From Candidatus Latescibacterota bacterium (GTDB lineage: Bacteria > Latescibacterota > UBA2968 > SICM01), in NCBI GenBank assembly GCA_965217865.1, contig CBDCJO010000002.1, forward strand, positions 5,120,001 through 5,184,000: DNA of 64,000 nucleotides, given 5' to 3'. Every line of letters begins with the position of its first letter. The stretch's first letter is position 1. A program made the translations under genes and the position numbers. Of the stretch, positions 31,315 through 42,588 are shown piece by piece. The notes beneath the pieces are model-generated. The model did not search any database and was not told where the DNA came from. It saw only the letters and a program-made list of their open reading frames with translations.

Positions 31315-32291
31315 CAGGACTCCTTTGAGACCGCCTTGAATTCTTTGAAAGAGAGATGGGCTTTCCAGAAATAGACCAGTCCGATGGCCGTAATCGGGAT
31401 GTAGCCGGCGACGTGCAGGACGATCGAAAAGCTCAGCGCCGTGCTCTGAGGGATCCCGAAAAGGGACAGGGCGAGGATGCACGCCGCCTGAAAGACCCCC
31501 ACAAAGCCTGGGGAGGAGGGGAGAGTAACCCCCAGGGCGATGATCGCTATGATGGTAAAGGGCGCGTAGGCCGGCAGACTGAGATGGAAGGCTTCGACAA
31601 TGCACTGAACAGAGGCGACATTGAAGAGCCAGAGGATGAGGGTATAGGCGGAGGTGGATAACATTCTACGACCCTGAGAAAGCACGTGCAACCCGGAGGC
31701 AAAGCTTTCAAACAGATTGATGATTTTGTCCGATATCCGAACCGGCAAAGGCCTGAGGATAAATTTGATCCAGGCGAGGGATGAATCCGTTCGGATGTGG
31801 AGCAGATAGAGGAAGAGGATAAGGACGAGGTAAAGCCCCATCGCAGCCGTGCCGCCATGCCTGATCCAATCCGGAAAGGTGGGGAGGGCGAGAGTGCTTG
31901 CTAGAAAAAGGACAAGAATCATCCCGTCGAACAGCCTCTCAATGACAATGGTGGCGAAAGCCGAACTTCGGTTGACCGAGGAAAGCCTCCCGATTGCGTC
32001 CGCCCGGATGAACTCTCCAAGACGGGCCGGCAAAACATTGTTGGCCATGAAACCGATCATGGTGGCAGCGAAGAGAATTTTGGTCGGGATCCACTTAACC
32101 GGAGCCAACAGGATCTGCCATCGATAGGCCCTGACCCAGAACGAGGAGATTAGAAGGATGGCAGATGGTAGGACGAGGAGATAGTTGGCCTGGTCCAGGG
32201 CAGTCTTCATCTCGTTCAGATCGACCTTACGGACCGATAGATAGAGAAAGACCGCGCTCACCAGGATGCCGATCCAGGCTTTCCAGCGCAT
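31314..32291 (-). CDS. Lysylphosphatidylglycerol-synthase TM domain / flippase-like protein
   Basis: [29 protein letters not shown]; multiple TM helices. Confidence 0.88.
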   Translation of the reverse strand: MRWKAWIGILVSAVFLYLSVRKVDLNEMKTALDQANYLLVLPSAILLISSFWVRAYRWQILLAPVKWIPTKILFAATMIGFMANNVLPARLGEFIRADAIGRLSSVNRSSAFATIVIERLFDGMILVLFLASTLALPTFPDWIRHGGTAAMGLYLVLILFLYLLHIRTDSSLAWIKFILRPLPVRISDKIINLFESFASGLHVLSQGRRMLSTSAYTLILWLFNVASVQCIVEAFHLSLPAYAPFTIIAIIALGVTLPSSPGFVGVFQAACILALSLFGIPQSTALSFSIVLHVAGYIPITAIGLVYFWKAHLSFKEFKAVSKES

Positions 32292-32451
32292 AGGATGTTG
32301 GATGAAGCGTTGCCGTTATGAAAAAAACAAGAACCTTATGATGGGGGAGTCGTCGATCTGTTTCTTGTACGGATTATATCCATTCACCGTGGGGCACCAA
32401 AAAAAGGCTTACCAATATAACTTGAACCGATTTTAAAGACAACTTCAATTT

Positions 32452-33204
32452 ATGATTAACGGGGTGATTCAAAACCTCTCCAAGGCCTTAATAGGGTTGG
32501 GATCGTCGTTGGTGGATCTGGCCTTCCCGCCGGTATGTTCCGGCTGCAGCGTCGGGCTGGAGGAGGGGGAGCGGATTGTTTGCGAGGGGTGCTGGTCCGG
32601 GGTGAACCTCCTTTCCGGTCCACGATGCCCGAAGTGTGGGGCCGCCCTTCAAGATCCGGTGGGGGAGTGTCCGTGCTGCTCGGGGCGTAGCTATCGGTTC
32701 AGCCGGGCATGCGTGTTGACCTCATATGATGAGAGCACCCAACAGCTGATCCATCTTTTAAAATACCGGGAAAAGACCAGTGTTGGGGTGCGGTTGGGTC
32801 GAATGCTGGCAGAGGCGATGGCGACGGATCCCGAGTTTGCGGAGGTGGATCTGATCGTGCCGGTTCCACTTCATCATAGCCGGGCTCGTGAACGAGGATA
32901 TAATCAGAGCGCTCTGATCGCGAGGGGAGTGGGACAGACGTTGAACATACGGGTGGATAAGCGGACCCTAGTGCGGAGGAAGGCGACGCGGACACAGACC
33001 GAACTCTCCGCTGAAGAACGGATCGACAATGTGGCAACGGCGTTTGGGGTCCGGCGTCCGGAACGGGTGGCGGGCCTTCAGCTATTACTGGTGGACGATG
33101 TGTTTACAACGGGTGCCACGGTCGACGCCTGCGCTGCAGTTTTGTTGGATTCCGGGGCGAAAGTGGTTTTTGTGGGAGCGATAGCGAGTGCGTTCAAGGG
33201 ATAA
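32452..33204 (+). CDS. comF: ComF-family amidophosphoribosyltransferase
   Basis: Double zinc ribbon, PVPLH..RGYNQS, LVDDVFTTGAT. Confidence 0.92.
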   Translation: MINGVIQNLSKALIGLGSSLVDLAFPPVCSGCSVGLEEGERIVCEGCWSGVNLLSGPRCPKCGAALQDPVGECPCCSGRSYRFSRACVLTSYDESTQQLIHLLKYREKTSVGVRLGRMLAEAMATDPEFAEVDLIVPVPLHHSRARERGYNQSALIARGVGQTLNIRVDKRTLVRRKATRTQTELSAEERIDNVATAFGVRRPERVAGLQLLLVDDVFTTGATVDACAAVLLDSGAKVVFVGAIASAFKG

Positions 33205-33275
33205 GCGTTCCAGAAAGGGGGTACCATCGGGATGACGGGTAGGTACCCGGCAGGAGAGGCGGACCGGGCAGTCGC

Positions 33276-34673
33276 TTATATGTGAATCCCTCTGCCTGCG
33301 ACTGCAAGCGCGGCCTCTTTGATGGCCTCGGGTAGTGTGGGATGGGCGTGTACCGATCGGGCGATGTCTTCAGAGCTGGCCGAAAACTCGATCGCCACCG
33401 CACCTTCTGCGATGATCTCCGAGGCCCGAACACCCAGGATATGCATCCCAAGGAGGCGATCGGTCCTGGAATGGCTGATCACCTTGACCAGGCCTTCGGT
33501 GGACTCCAGGGCGTGGGCACGTCCGTTGGCGATAAATGGAAACTTTCCCACCCGCATCTGGATGCCTTTCTCTTTTGCGATTTCCTCGGTCATCCCGACC
33601 GAGGCCAATTCGGGGGATGTGTAGACCACGTTCGGAATGGCCTCGTAGTTCAAGTGGCCTCCCTTTCCGGCCATGAGTTCAACAGCGGCAATTCCCTCTT
33701 CCTCGGCCTTGTGTGCCAGCATCGGACCGGGGATCACGTCTCCGATCGCGTAGACTCCGGCCAGATTGGTCTCGTAGTTTTCATTGACCATGACGCGGCC
33801 CTTTTCGTCCATATCCACCCCCACCTGCTCAACCCCCAATCCCTCGGTATGGGGACGCCGTCCCACCGCGACCAGGACATGATCGCAACTTTCATCCCGG
33901 GTTTCCGAACCGTGTTCCACGATCAGATGGAGCTTTCCTTTTCGCACGGCCGATGACTTTGCACGCGCGCCAAGCCGGAAAACCAGGCCTTGTTTTTCGA
34001 GAGATTTCTGCAACTGGCGCGTCATTTCGAGATCCATCCCGGGCAGAATGTGATCCATCAACTCGATCACCAGTACCTCAGAACCGAGTCTGCTCCAAAC
34101 GGAGCCCAGTTCCAGACCGATGGCCCCTGCGCCGATGACCACGAGGCGCTCTGGGGTTTTGGGAAGGGACAGGGCTTCGGTTGAACTGAGCACGTGGACT
34201 CCGTCAAACGGGAGATCGGGCAATTCGACCGGGGCGCTTCCGGTGGCGATCAATATCCGATCCCCTTTGACCGATTCCACACCCCCGTCCCTTTCCACCT
34301 CAACCGATCCCGGCCCCGTGAGCCGGGCGTTTCCCTCGATATGCTCAACCTTGTTCTTCCTGAACAAGCCCTTGACCCCTCGGTTCATGGTTTTCACGAT
34401 CCCTTCCTTGCGCTTCATCATCGCAGACAGGTCGTGGTCGACGGGGCCGGTTTTGATCCCGTGGCGTGGGAAGGTGGTGCGGGCTTGGTATAACAGTTCA
34501 CTGGACTCAAGGAGGGCTTTGCTGGGGATGCAACCCACATTCAGACAGGTTCCCCCCAGGGCTTCTTTTTCGATACAGGCGACGTGCATCCCCAGTTGGG
34601 CCGCACGAATGGCTGCGACATAACCTCCCGGCCCCGCCCCTATGACCAACAGGTCAAACTTTGTCTTGTTCAA
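33276..34673 (-). CDS. lpdA: Dihydrolipoyl dehydrogenase (E3)
   Basis: GGTCLNVGCIPSK, MLAHKA, HAHPT. Confidence 0.97.
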   Translation of the reverse strand: MNKTKFDLLVIGAGPGGYVAAIRAAQLGMHVACIEKEALGGTCLNVGCIPSKALLESSELLYQARTTFPRHGIKTGPVDHDLSAMMKRKEGIVKTMNRGVKGLFRKNKVEHIEGNARLTGPGSVEVERDGGVESVKGDRILIATGSAPVELPDLPFDGVHVLSSTEALSLPKTPERLVVIGAGAIGLELGSVWSRLGSEVLVIELMDHILPGMDLEMTRQLQKSLEKQGLVFRLGARAKSSAVRKGKLHLIVEHGSETRDESCDHVLVAVGRRPHTEGLGVEQVGVDMDEKGRVMVNENYETNLAGVYAIGDVIPGPMLAHKAEEEGIAAVELMAGKGGHLNYEAIPNVVYTSPELASVGMTEEIAKEKGIQMRVGKFPFIANGRAHALESTEGLVKVISHSRTDRLLGMHILGVRASEIIAEGAVAIEFSASSEDIARSVHAHPTLPEAIKEAALAVAGRGIHI

Positions 34674-34747
34674 GGTAACCTCTCTCGATGTTCATCCGAT
34701 TCCGTTAACGCAAGCCGGATCCGTATCGAGCCTGTGTTGGCGGCTTT

Positions 34748-35992
34748 CTAAATTCCCAACATCATCCTTGCAGGATCCTCGATCAACTCCTTGATACGGA
34801 CCAGGAAGGTGACGGAATTCCTCCCATCCACAAGCCGATGGTCATAGGTCAGTGCGAGATACATCATCGGACGGATTTCAACCCGGTCCCCGACGGCCAC
34901 GGGCCGTTTTTGAATGGTATGCATTCCAAGGATACCCGTCTGCGGGGGGTTCAGGATGGGTGTGGAAAGCAGGGATCCGAACACCCCCCCGTTGGTAATC
35001 GTAAAGGTCCCCCCGGAAAGCTCGTCGAGGCCCAATCTTCCTTCGCGAGCGGCCCCGGCAACCCGCTTGATCTCCGACTCGATTTTGGAAAAAGACATCG
35101 CCTCGGTGTTTCGCAGTACCGGCACCACCAGGCCACGATCCGTGCTGACCGCGATTCCCATGTTGACGTTTTGATGGTAGACGATATCCTTCCCCTCGAT
35201 ACTGGCGTTCACATCGGGGTGGGCATCCAGGGCGAGTACGCAGGCACGAACAAAGAAGGACATCAGCCCGAGAGAAACGCCGTGGGTTTCCTGGAAGCGG
35301 TCCTTGTAGCGCCCCCGAAGGGCCATCAAATTGGTCATGTCGACTTCGTTGAAGGTGGAAAGGAGTGCGGCGCCCTGCTGTGCGGCGACCAGACGTTCAG
35401 CGATCCGAGCCCGGATTCGGCTCATGGGTACGCGCCTTGTACCCGAATCGTCAAACGGAGTATCACTCTTTTCTTCGGGGACCGGCTTCTTCTCGACTTC
35501 GATTTTTTCGACAGGTGGCTCCTTTTCTTCGGGGGGTTCTTCTTTTTGGGCTTCCACGTAGTCCAGAACATCCTGTTTGATCAGGCGGCCTCCTCGGCCG
35601 GTCCCCTTGATGAGCGCCGGATCCAATTCGTGTTCCGTAACCAGTCTCCGAACGGCGGGGCTCAGTTCATCAGCAGCCACGTGTTCCCCCGGGCCCTCGA
35701 CCTCTCCGGCCTCGGGTTTTGCCCCTTCGGATACCGGTGTGGGGGGTGATTCGGAATCGGATTCCTCGATTCGCGCTATAGCCTCCCCGACCTGGATGGT
35801 GTCCCCGTCGTGTTTCAATGTCCGAAGGATTCCCGACGCCGGGGAGGGGAGTTCAACATCCGCTTTGTCGGTCTCGATGACGCAGATCGGGTCGTCGGTT
35901 TTGACCGAATCGCCGTCGGACTTCATCCACTCCACGAGTATCGCCTCTGTCACCGACTCGCCCAACTCCGGAATTTCGACAACGGTTGCCAT
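34748..35992 (-). CDS. sucB: 2-oxoglutarate dehydrogenase E2 succinyltransferase
   Basis: [33 protein letters not shown]. Confidence 0.96.
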   Translation of the reverse strand: MATVVEIPELGESVTEAILVEWMKSDGDSVKTDDPICVIETDKADVELPSPASGILRTLKHDGDTIQVGEAIARIEESDSESPPTPVSEGAKPEAGEVEGPGEHVAADELSPAVRRLVTEHELDPALIKGTGRGGRLIKQDVLDYVEAQKEEPPEEKEPPVEKIEVEKKPVPEEKSDTPFDDSGTRRVPMSRIRARIAERLVAAQQGAALLSTFNEVDMTNLMALRGRYKDRFQETHGVSLGLMSFFVRACVLALDAHPDVNASIEGKDIVYHQNVNMGIAVSTDRGLVVPVLRNTEAMSFSKIESEIKRVAGAAREGRLGLDELSGGTFTITNGGVFGSLLSTPILNPPQTGILGMHTIQKRPVAVGDRVEIRPMMYLALTYDHRLVDGRNSVTFLVRIKELIEDPARMMLGI

Positions 35993-35994
35993 GA

Positions 35995-38745
35995 TTATCT
36001 CCCGCTTCCGTTTAATGCCTGAGAGACCAATTTATCCTGTTCGGCCAGGTGTGCCTTGTGAACGCCCGTCGCGGTGCTAGCGGAAGGCCCCCGTCCTATG
36101 AAGGGCATCGCTCTTCCATCCTGAATGACTTGACGAAGCCTCGGCTCGATGAAATCCCACGCCCCCTGATTTTGAGGTTCCTCCTGAGCCCAGCAGATCT
36201 CCTTGGCCCGAGAGTATCGGGCAAGAAGCTTCTCAGCTTCCTTGAAGGCGAAGGGATAGAGCTGTTCGATTCGGATCAGAGCGACGTCGTCTTTTTGAGC
36301 CGCATCTCTCGCTTCCAGGAGGTCAAAGTAGATTTTCCCCGTGCAAAACACCAACCGGTTTACTTTTTGAGGTTGGGCGGCAGGGTCGTCGATAATTTCA
36401 CGGAACCGACCCTCCGCGAGTTCCGAAACATCTGAGGTGGCCTGCTTATGCCTCAGCAGGCTTTTGGGCATCATCAGGATGAGCGGCTTCCGGAAACTGC
36501 GGTGCATCTGTCGACGAAGCATGTGGAAGTATTGGGAAGGGATCGTGGGATAGCACACCTGGATGTTGTTCTCGGCGCAAAGCTGCAGGTAGCGCTCCAG
36601 GCGGGCGCTGGAATGTTCTGGGCCCTGACCCTCATACCCGTGGGGGAGAAGCAACACGATGCCGCTCATTCGTCCCCACTTTGCTTCACAGCTGGAGATG
36701 TACTGATCGATGATCGGCTGCGCCATGTTCGCGAAATCCCCGAACTGGGCTTCCCAGATGGTCAACCGCCACGGGTCAGCGGAGCTGATGCCGTACTCAA
36801 AGCCCAGCACGGCCAGTTCAGAGAGCATCGTGTTCATCAGGGTAAACTTCCCCTGCTTGTCCGACAGGTTGGCCAGGGGCCAATACGGCTTTCCCGTCTT
36901 TACATCGTGCCACACACCGTGTCGATGGCTGAAGGTTCCCCGTTGACTGTCCTGTCCGGTCAGGCGTATGGAGATGCCTTCCAACAGAAGGCTGCCCAGT
37001 GCGAGCATTTCGGCGCATCCCCAGTCGATCGGCAGCTTCCCTTCCACCATCTCAATTCTCGATTTCAGGAGACGCTGAAGTTTTCTGTAGACTGAAAAAT
37101 CGGGGGGGGCGGTCGTCGCCTTTTTCACGATCTTTGTGAGGATCGTTTTTTTCACCGCGGTATCCGCCCTCCCGTCCCCAGACGCACGGCCGAGACCTTT
37201 CCAGAACCCTTTCAGGGAGGACATCCTCGGCTGGGCGGACTGGTTGTGGACGACCTCGAGTGACTCGTCAAGGCGTCGTCGGGCATCACCCCGGATCTTA
37301 TCATATTCCCCCTGGTCAATCAGGTTGTGTTCCCGCAGGGACTTGAAATAGAGATCGCATACGGATGGATGTTTATCAATTTCACGGTAGCGGCCGGGTT
37401 GGGTAAAACTGGGATCATCCGCCTCGTTGTGGCCGTATTTTCGGTAACACCATAAGTCTATCACCACGTCCGCTTTGAAGGCCTGTCGAAAGGACATCGC
37501 GAGACGTCCGATCTGGACCACAGCCTCCGGGTCGTCCGCGTTGACGTGGAAGACAGGGGCCTGAATGATTTTTGCCGAATCCGACGGATATGAGGTGAAC
37601 CGGGTCTGTCTGGGGGTGGCCGTAAAACCGATCTGGTTGTTGATGATGATGTGAATGGTTCCCCCGGTATCGTATCCGTTCAACTGGCAGAGGTTAAGGG
37701 TCTCATCGACGATCCCCTGACCCGTAAACGATGCATCCCCGTGGATCAGGACGGGAACGACACGGCTGCGCTGCTGGTCGTTCCGATTTTCCTGCTTGGC
37801 ATAGACAATGCCTTCGATTATGGGGTTCACCAGTTCCAGGTGGCTTGGATTAGGACTGAGGGAAAGGTGTAATTTGTGTTCCTGTTGTGTGATGTAGTCG
37901 TGCGAATATCCCATGTGATACTTGACGTCCCCGGAACCCTCCGAACTCTCGTGAATGGCGGAACCCTCGAACTCAGAGAGGATCGATTCATAGGGTTTAT
38001 GCATCAAATGCGTCAGGACATTCAGACGGCCCCTATGGGCCATTCCCATGACGATCTCTTCGACCTCCAACGCAGCCCCGGTCTCGACCAGGTTGGTCAG
38101 AAGCGGGATCAGGGATTCTCCGCCTTCAATCGAAAAGCGTTTGTGGCCGACGTATTTCGTATGTAAAAACTGTTCGAACCCCTCCGTAGCGACCAGATGG
38201 GACAGGATGTTATGACATTGTGATTTCGAAAACTTCGGGCTGTTTAAAGTGGGTTCAATCCGTTTTTGAATCCAAAGGCGCTGACTCATGTACGGAATTT
38301 CAACGTACTCGTACCCGACGGTCCGACAGTAAGTCATACGAAGCTTTTCGATCAGATCCCGCAGTGTGCCATCCGTGGGTCCCAGGAAACCTCCCGAGCC
38401 GACTTTACGGTCAAGATCCTTTTCGGAAAATCCATATTCGGAAATCTCCAACAAGGGCTGGAGGGGTCGTTCGTAACCGAGGGGATCGAGCCTTGCCTCC
38501 AGATGGCCGAATCCACGATAGGCGTTGACCAGTCCGTGAGCGCCTTTGCCCATCCCGTTTTCGGCATCAAATTTGTGGGATTCATCCGCAGATGCGTCCT
38601 GTTGGGCCCCACCCGCCCCGAGCTCGAATCCTTTAAAAAAGGCAACCCAATCTTTATTCAGGGTACCTGGGTTGTTCCTGTAGCGTTCGTACATCTCCTC
38701 GATGTAGGCGACATTGGCGATATTGATCGGATCGAATGATTCCAT
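35995..38745 (-). CDS. sucA: 2-oxoglutarate dehydrogenase E1
   Basis: [41 protein letters not shown]. Confidence 0.97.
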   Translation of the reverse strand: MESFDPINIANVAYIEEMYERYRNNPGTLNKDWVAFFKGFELGAGGAQQDASADESHKFDAENGMGKGAHGLVNAYRGFGHLEARLDPLGYERPLQPLLEISEYGFSEKDLDRKVGSGGFLGPTDGTLRDLIEKLRMTYCRTVGYEYVEIPYMSQRLWIQKRIEPTLNSPKFSKSQCHNILSHLVATEGFEQFLHTKYVGHKRFSIEGGESLIPLLTNLVETGAALEVEEIVMGMAHRGRLNVLTHLMHKPYESILSEFEGSAIHESSEGSGDVKYHMGYSHDYITQQEHKLHLSLSPNPSHLELVNPIIEGIVYAKQENRNDQQRSRVVPVLIHGDASFTGQGIVDETLNLCQLNGYDTGGTIHIIINNQIGFTATPRQTRFTSYPSDSAKIIQAPVFHVNADDPEAVVQIGRLAMSFRQAFKADVVIDLWCYRKYGHNEADDPSFTQPGRYREIDKHPSVCDLYFKSLREHNLIDQGEYDKIRGDARRRLDESLEVVHNQSAQPRMSSLKGFWKGLGRASGDGRADTAVKKTILTKIVKKATTAPPDFSVYRKLQRLLKSRIEMVEGKLPIDWGCAEMLALGSLLLEGISIRLTGQDSQRGTFSHRHGVWHDVKTGKPYWPLANLSDKQGKFTLMNTMLSELAVLGFEYGISSADPWRLTIWEAQFGDFANMAQPIIDQYISSCEAKWGRMSGIVLLLPHGYEGQGPEHSSARLERYLQLCAENNIQVCYPTIPSQYFHMLRRQMHRSFRKPLILMMPKSLLRHKQATSDVSELAEGRFREIIDDPAAQPQKVNRLVFCTGKIYFDLLEARDAAQKDDVALIRIEQLYPFAFKEAEKLLARYSRAKEICWAQEEPQNQGAWDFIEPRLRQVIQDGRAMPFIGRGPSASTATGVHKAHLAEQDKLVSQALNGSGR

Positions 38746-38789
38746 ACCAGGAATAGCCTCTTGGTAAGTTGGATGGGTTAGTTAGTCCT

Positions 38790-39767
38790 TCAAGCCAACC
38801 GCTGTCTTGCAAGAACCGATGCCCCGAGCACGCTCGCGTCGTCTCCGAGTTCGGCCGGCACGATCTGTACGAGATTCCCGGTAAAAGGGAGCGCCTTTTT
38901 TTTGACGGTTTTTCGGACCGGGGGAATGATGTGGTCTCCAAATGCTTCCACAACGCCGCCCCCAAGGACGATCATCTCCGGATTCAGGATGTGAATGATG
39001 TTCACGGCCGCGATTCCGAGGGCTACAGCCGCACGCTTGACGATCTTTTCCACGTCCCTGTCACCCTGCTTCAGGGCTCTGGAGATGTCGCTGCTCTTTA
39101 TGGAAGCCGGGTCGCTGAGCCGTCGCTTGATTTGTTTGGATTTCTTCCCTTTCCCGATCGCGGCGGCTATGTCGCGGGAGATTGCGCTGCGGCTAGCGAT
39201 GGCTTCGAGGCATCCCCGGTTTCCGCAGCCGCACCTGGGGCCTCCGATCTCGACGATCATGTGGCCGATTTCACCCGCGGTCTTGTTCAATCCGCGATGC
39301 AGACGGCCGTCCATGATCACGCCGCCCCCTATGCCCGTCCCGACGAAGATACCGACAAGGTCCCTAACCCCTCTCCCCACCCCGAGGACGTGCTCGCCCA
39401 GGGTACCGACATTGACGTCGTTGTCGAGGAACACGGGCTTTTTCAGGGCTTTTTCAATGACGGCCTTAACCGGGACGTCCTTCCATCCTGGAAGATTCGG
39501 TGCGAATATGACCACGCCGTTGTCGGGGTCGAGAGGCCCGGGGGCGCCGATACCGACGCCTCGGATGTCGCCCATCCCAAGGCCACCCTTCTTCAGGGCC
39601 TCCCGGGCACAGGCAACCATCCGTTTCATGACATCACGGGGACCCTTTGCACCGGTCGGCAGCTTGGCCCTTCCTGTGATGCGCCCCTCCGGGCCCACGG
39701 TTGCGGCGAGAATTTTCGTGCCTCCGAGGTCGATGCCGATCACATACTTTGAGTTTTTACCTGCCAC
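38790..39767 (-). CDS. ROK-family sugar kinase
   Basis: DLGGTK, GTGIGGG, GEIGH, CGCGNRGCLE. Confidence 0.93.
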   Translation of the reverse strand: MAGKNSKYVIGIDLGGTKILAATVGPEGRITGRAKLPTGAKGPRDVMKRMVACAREALKKGGLGMGDIRGVGIGAPGPLDPDNGVVIFAPNLPGWKDVPVKAVIEKALKKPVFLDNDVNVGTLGEHVLGVGRGVRDLVGIFVGTGIGGGVIMDGRLHRGLNKTAGEIGHMIVEIGGPRCGCGNRGCLEAIASRSAISRDIAAAIGKGKKSKQIKRRLSDPASIKSSDISRALKQGDRDVEKIVKRAAVALGIAAVNIIHILNPEMIVLGGGVVEAFGDHIIPPVRKTVKKKALPFTGNLVQIVPAELGDDASVLGASVLARQRLA

Positions 39768-39823
39768 GAAGATCCTTCCAAAATAAAGATGAAGGATGAA
39801 ATCAAGGATATTCTTTTATCCAT

Positions 39824-40183
39824 TTACCAAGACTCGGTCTTCCGCTGAATTTCCTGGACGAGGCTGTGGATCTCTTTGATGTCTCTCAGCCTGCCTTTCT
39901 CCGGTTTCGTCTTGATCCCTCGAACCGACGACAGCAGTTTCTGAAGTGATTCCTCCCGGTTCTTTCCACCACTGTGTTCGCGGATCACCTCCTGAAGCTG
40001 TAGGATTCGTCCCTCGACTTTTGATGCGTATGCGTCGACGATATCCTTGAATACCGAACGGAGTCGGTTCAGCTCTGTCTCCATCGATTTTCGGGTTTTG
40101 CTCCCCATAACGATGCCGGGCTTTTTGCGCACAGGTGGGCGTGACGATGATCTCTTCGCTCTTTTTCGGGGTTCGTTTGGCAT
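39824..40183 (-). CDS. Hypothetical basic helical protein
   Basis: Fills the gap in a co-directional operon; no motif recognised. Confidence 0.7.
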   Translation of the reverse strand: MPNEPRKRAKRSSSRPPVRKKPGIVMGSKTRKSMETELNRLRSVFKDIVDAYASKVEGRILQLQEVIREHSGGKNREESLQKLLSSVRGIKTKPEKGRLRDIKEIHSLVQEIQRKTESW

Positions 40184-40198
40184 CAGGCTCAGACCTTT

Positions 40199-40876
40199 TT
40201 ATAGGATAGGTTCCACGAGGGCCTGGATGTTATTGGCAATCGTTCGTGTGGCGCGGTTTCCGTTGATGATGTCGAATCCGTAGACCTTCTGCATCCTCTT
40301 GAACTCACTCTGCATATAGCCCTGGTACTTCATGAAGCTGTCGAACATATCCCTCGAAATCCCGATGTCCATTCCGGATTCCCAGTGGTCGAGGGTTGCC
40401 TGTTTCTGGAAATTGCGCTCTACCAGTTGGCGTGGGCTGACCTGAAGGTAGAAAACGGTATCCGGAACGATGGCGATGCCGTAGAGGGATTCCAGCCAGG
40501 GACGGTCGGCACCCCGGACGACATCCCTGGCGATGAGCGTGTAGATGTAGCGGTCTGCAAGGACGACGAATCCTGCCTTGAGGGCAGGAATGATCCTGTT
40601 TTCCAGCTGGTCCGCGAAGTCCGTTGCGTAGAACAGGCTCAAGGTCGTCTTCGTGAGGATGTTTCCCTGTTTGGCCTCGCTGAGGGCATTGCTCACCAGC
40701 GTGGAGCGGTTCAATCCTACGTTGACGGTGGCGTGCCCTTTTCGCTCCAGCCATTCGGTCAGAAGCTCGGCCTGGGTGGACCGGCCAGAGCCGTCCGCTC
40801 CTTCGATCACGATGAGTTTTCCGATCAGGTTTTTCAGATCGACGCCCGGCAACCCATCTCCATAAAACCGTTTCAT
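40199..40876 (-). CDS. Thymidylate-kinase-like protein 2 (P-loop GADGSGRST)
   Basis: IEGADGSGRSTQ, LADRYIYT; GGAGG RBS before ATG 40876. Confidence 0.85.
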   Translation of the reverse strand: MKRFYGDGLPGVDLKNLIGKLIVIEGADGSGRSTQAELLTEWLERKGHATVNVGLNRSTLVSNALSEAKQGNILTKTTLSLFYATDFADQLENRIIPALKAGFVVLADRYIYTLIARDVVRGADRPWLESLYGIAIVPDTVFYLQVSPRQLVERNFQKQATLDHWESGMDIGISRDMFDSFMKYQGYMQSEFKRMQKVYGFDIINGNRATRTIANNIQALVEPIL

Positions 40877-40878
40877 GT

Positions 40879-41577
40879 CTACCTCCTCGTCCGCCATCGG
40901 AAGCTGGGCAGATCGATCCGGTCAGCGATGATGGATCGAACCATCTCCTGTTGGACGTCGATGCTCTTATTTGCGTCGATCACGGTAAATCCGAACTCCC
41001 GGGAGAGTTTTTGGTAGCCGGCATTGATCCGTTTCTGAAAGATGCTGAAGCTCTCATAGGGGTCTTGTGAGAGGCCGAGGTCCATCCCGGCCTCGTGATA
41101 TTTTAGGGAGGGACGCCCGTCGAGAATACGGTCGAGGGCGATGTTGAGCGGAACTTTAAAGAAAAAGGTGATATCGGGATCTACGGCGAAGCTGTAGAGA
41201 TTGTAGACCCATTTCCGGTTGCATCCGCGGACGATGTCACGGGCGAAAGCCGTGTAGATGTATCGATCCGCAAGGACGATATATCCTGCCTGGAGCAGGG
41301 GGAGGACTTGGCGCTCGTAGCGGTCTGCGAAATCCGTGCAGTGGATGAGGGAAAAGGTAGTCGGGGTGAGGAGCTGCTGCTTTTTGCCACGCTTGGTGAC
41401 GTTTTTTACGACGACGGAGGAATTCCATTCGGTGAAGTAGACCTTCAGGTTTTGAAGTTCCAGCCAGCGTTTTACCAGGTAGATTTGTGTGGACTTGCCC
41501 GATCCGTCCAAGCCTTCCACGGCTATGAGTCTCCCTGGAAATGGATGGCCTTTGCTCCGTTCCGGCATGGGCTTCAA
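40879..41577 (-). CDS. Thymidylate-kinase-like protein 1 (P-loop GLDGSGKST)
   Basis: VEGLDGSGKSTQ, LADRYIYT, PDITFF. Confidence 0.88.
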   Translation of the reverse strand: MKPMPERSKGHPFPGRLIAVEGLDGSGKSTQIYLVKRWLELQNLKVYFTEWNSSVVVKNVTKRGKKQQLLTPTTFSLIHCTDFADRYERQVLPLLQAGYIVLADRYIYTAFARDIVRGCNRKWVYNLYSFAVDPDITFFFKVPLNIALDRILDGRPSLKYHEAGMDLGLSQDPYESFSIFQKRINAGYQKLSREFGFTVIDANKSIDVQQEMVRSIIADRIDLPSFRWRTRR

Positions 41578-41714
41578 CTCTCGTTTGATTTTTTAAGTCA
41601 TTTTTAAGGACACTATTCATAACAATTTATGCGATTATTTGTCAACAGAAAAATAAGGGATCGTTGCCAGCGCAATGGGAATATTGGATTTGGTGATGGT
41701 CCTTCTTTTTGTTA

Positions 41715-41750
41715 CAACCCAATTTTCCACACGTGTGGAAAATTGGGTTG
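41715..41750. other. 36-bp perfect palindrome
   Basis: CAACCCAATTTTCCACACGTGTGGAAAATTGGGTTG equals its own reverse complement. Confidence 0.9.
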
Positions 41751-41919
41751 GATTCACTGCCGGATCCTAATGAGCTTTCAACTATATTAAATTCAACATA
41801 GTTACAAATATTCTGCGTTTCGGATTTGGAGGCGTGTTCGGGAATTGAAGGCTTGGGTTAGTCCGCATTTTCCGGGTTCGACTCGGGAGGGGGGTGATAT
41901 TTGGGCGGGCTATCGTGTT

Positions 41920-41974
41920 CCCTCACCCCACCTCGCGTTGCTCGGCACCCTCTCCCGGGTGCCGGGAGAGGGGA
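41920..41974 (+). repeat. Second copy of the CCCTCACCCC..GGGAGAGGGG element
   Basis: Matches 29886-29940. Confidence 0.8.
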
Positions 41975-42279
41975 AGTTCATGAAAGTATTTGAACTTGGA
42001 TACCCCTTCCTTTGGAAGGGGAGGAAAAGTTTAGCTTGCTGAGGGTAAGCTAAAAGGCTGTTTTGTCCGTACCGTAGTCGAAAAGGTAACTTCTAAAGTG
42101 ATCAGAGGATATATTCGGTTTCATCTTCAAGAGCAGAAAGGGCCCCTACAGTTGGATCTGTTTGGGGAGGGGAGTGGTTAATGCCCCGCCCTTTGGGCGG
42201 GGTGATTTACTAGGCTTTCCCAAAAAAAAAAATAATGGTAGGAGCCGCCTCCTGGCGGCGAATATGATAAAGGAGGTGA

Positions 42280-42575
42280 ATCTGTCGATTTTATGGCATC
42301 ATTATCAAAATGTATTTTGACGATCACCTTGCAGGGGAACTACCGTCCAGGGCATTAGGTCTTACTATCGAATGGGCGTCAGTTCATCAAGGTGAACTGA
42401 AAGACTTGTGGGAAAAAGCTCGAAATAATAAAAAGCTGGACAAGCTAGATCCTCTAGATTAGAAAAGTCTCCGAACAAACATTATCCATAATTCCGCAAT
42501 AACTGAAGCCAAAGTTGTTGCGGATTTTTATTTGAGGGTGGCCTGGACTGCGATTTTACACCAGACCGTTGGGCG
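42280..42575 (+). pseudogene. Degraded DUF4160/DUF2442-type toxin-antitoxin pair
   Basis: ICRFYGIIIKMYFDDH|LAGELPSRALGLTIEWASVHQGELKDLW..LDPLD* (42280-42462, HxH core missing), then an ITEAKVVADFYLRV fragment. Confidence 0.75.
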
Positions 42576-42588
42576 GACTTAAAGACCG

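Noticed and set aside
31315-31605. N-terminal extension of the DHS-like ORF (475 aa in the track)
   Set aside because: It overlaps the flippase-like gene in another frame; ATG 31314 is the better start
1710-39786. Long opposite-strand ORFs such as 1710-2732, 4854-5948, 10728-11753, 13390-14322, 24902-25873, 34838-35749 and 38769-39752
   Set aside because: Shadow frames of well-supported genes in GC-rich DNA, with no motifs
41715-41750. Replication origin
   Set aside because: Only two DnaA-box-like 9-mers, with no box cluster or dnaA/gidA context
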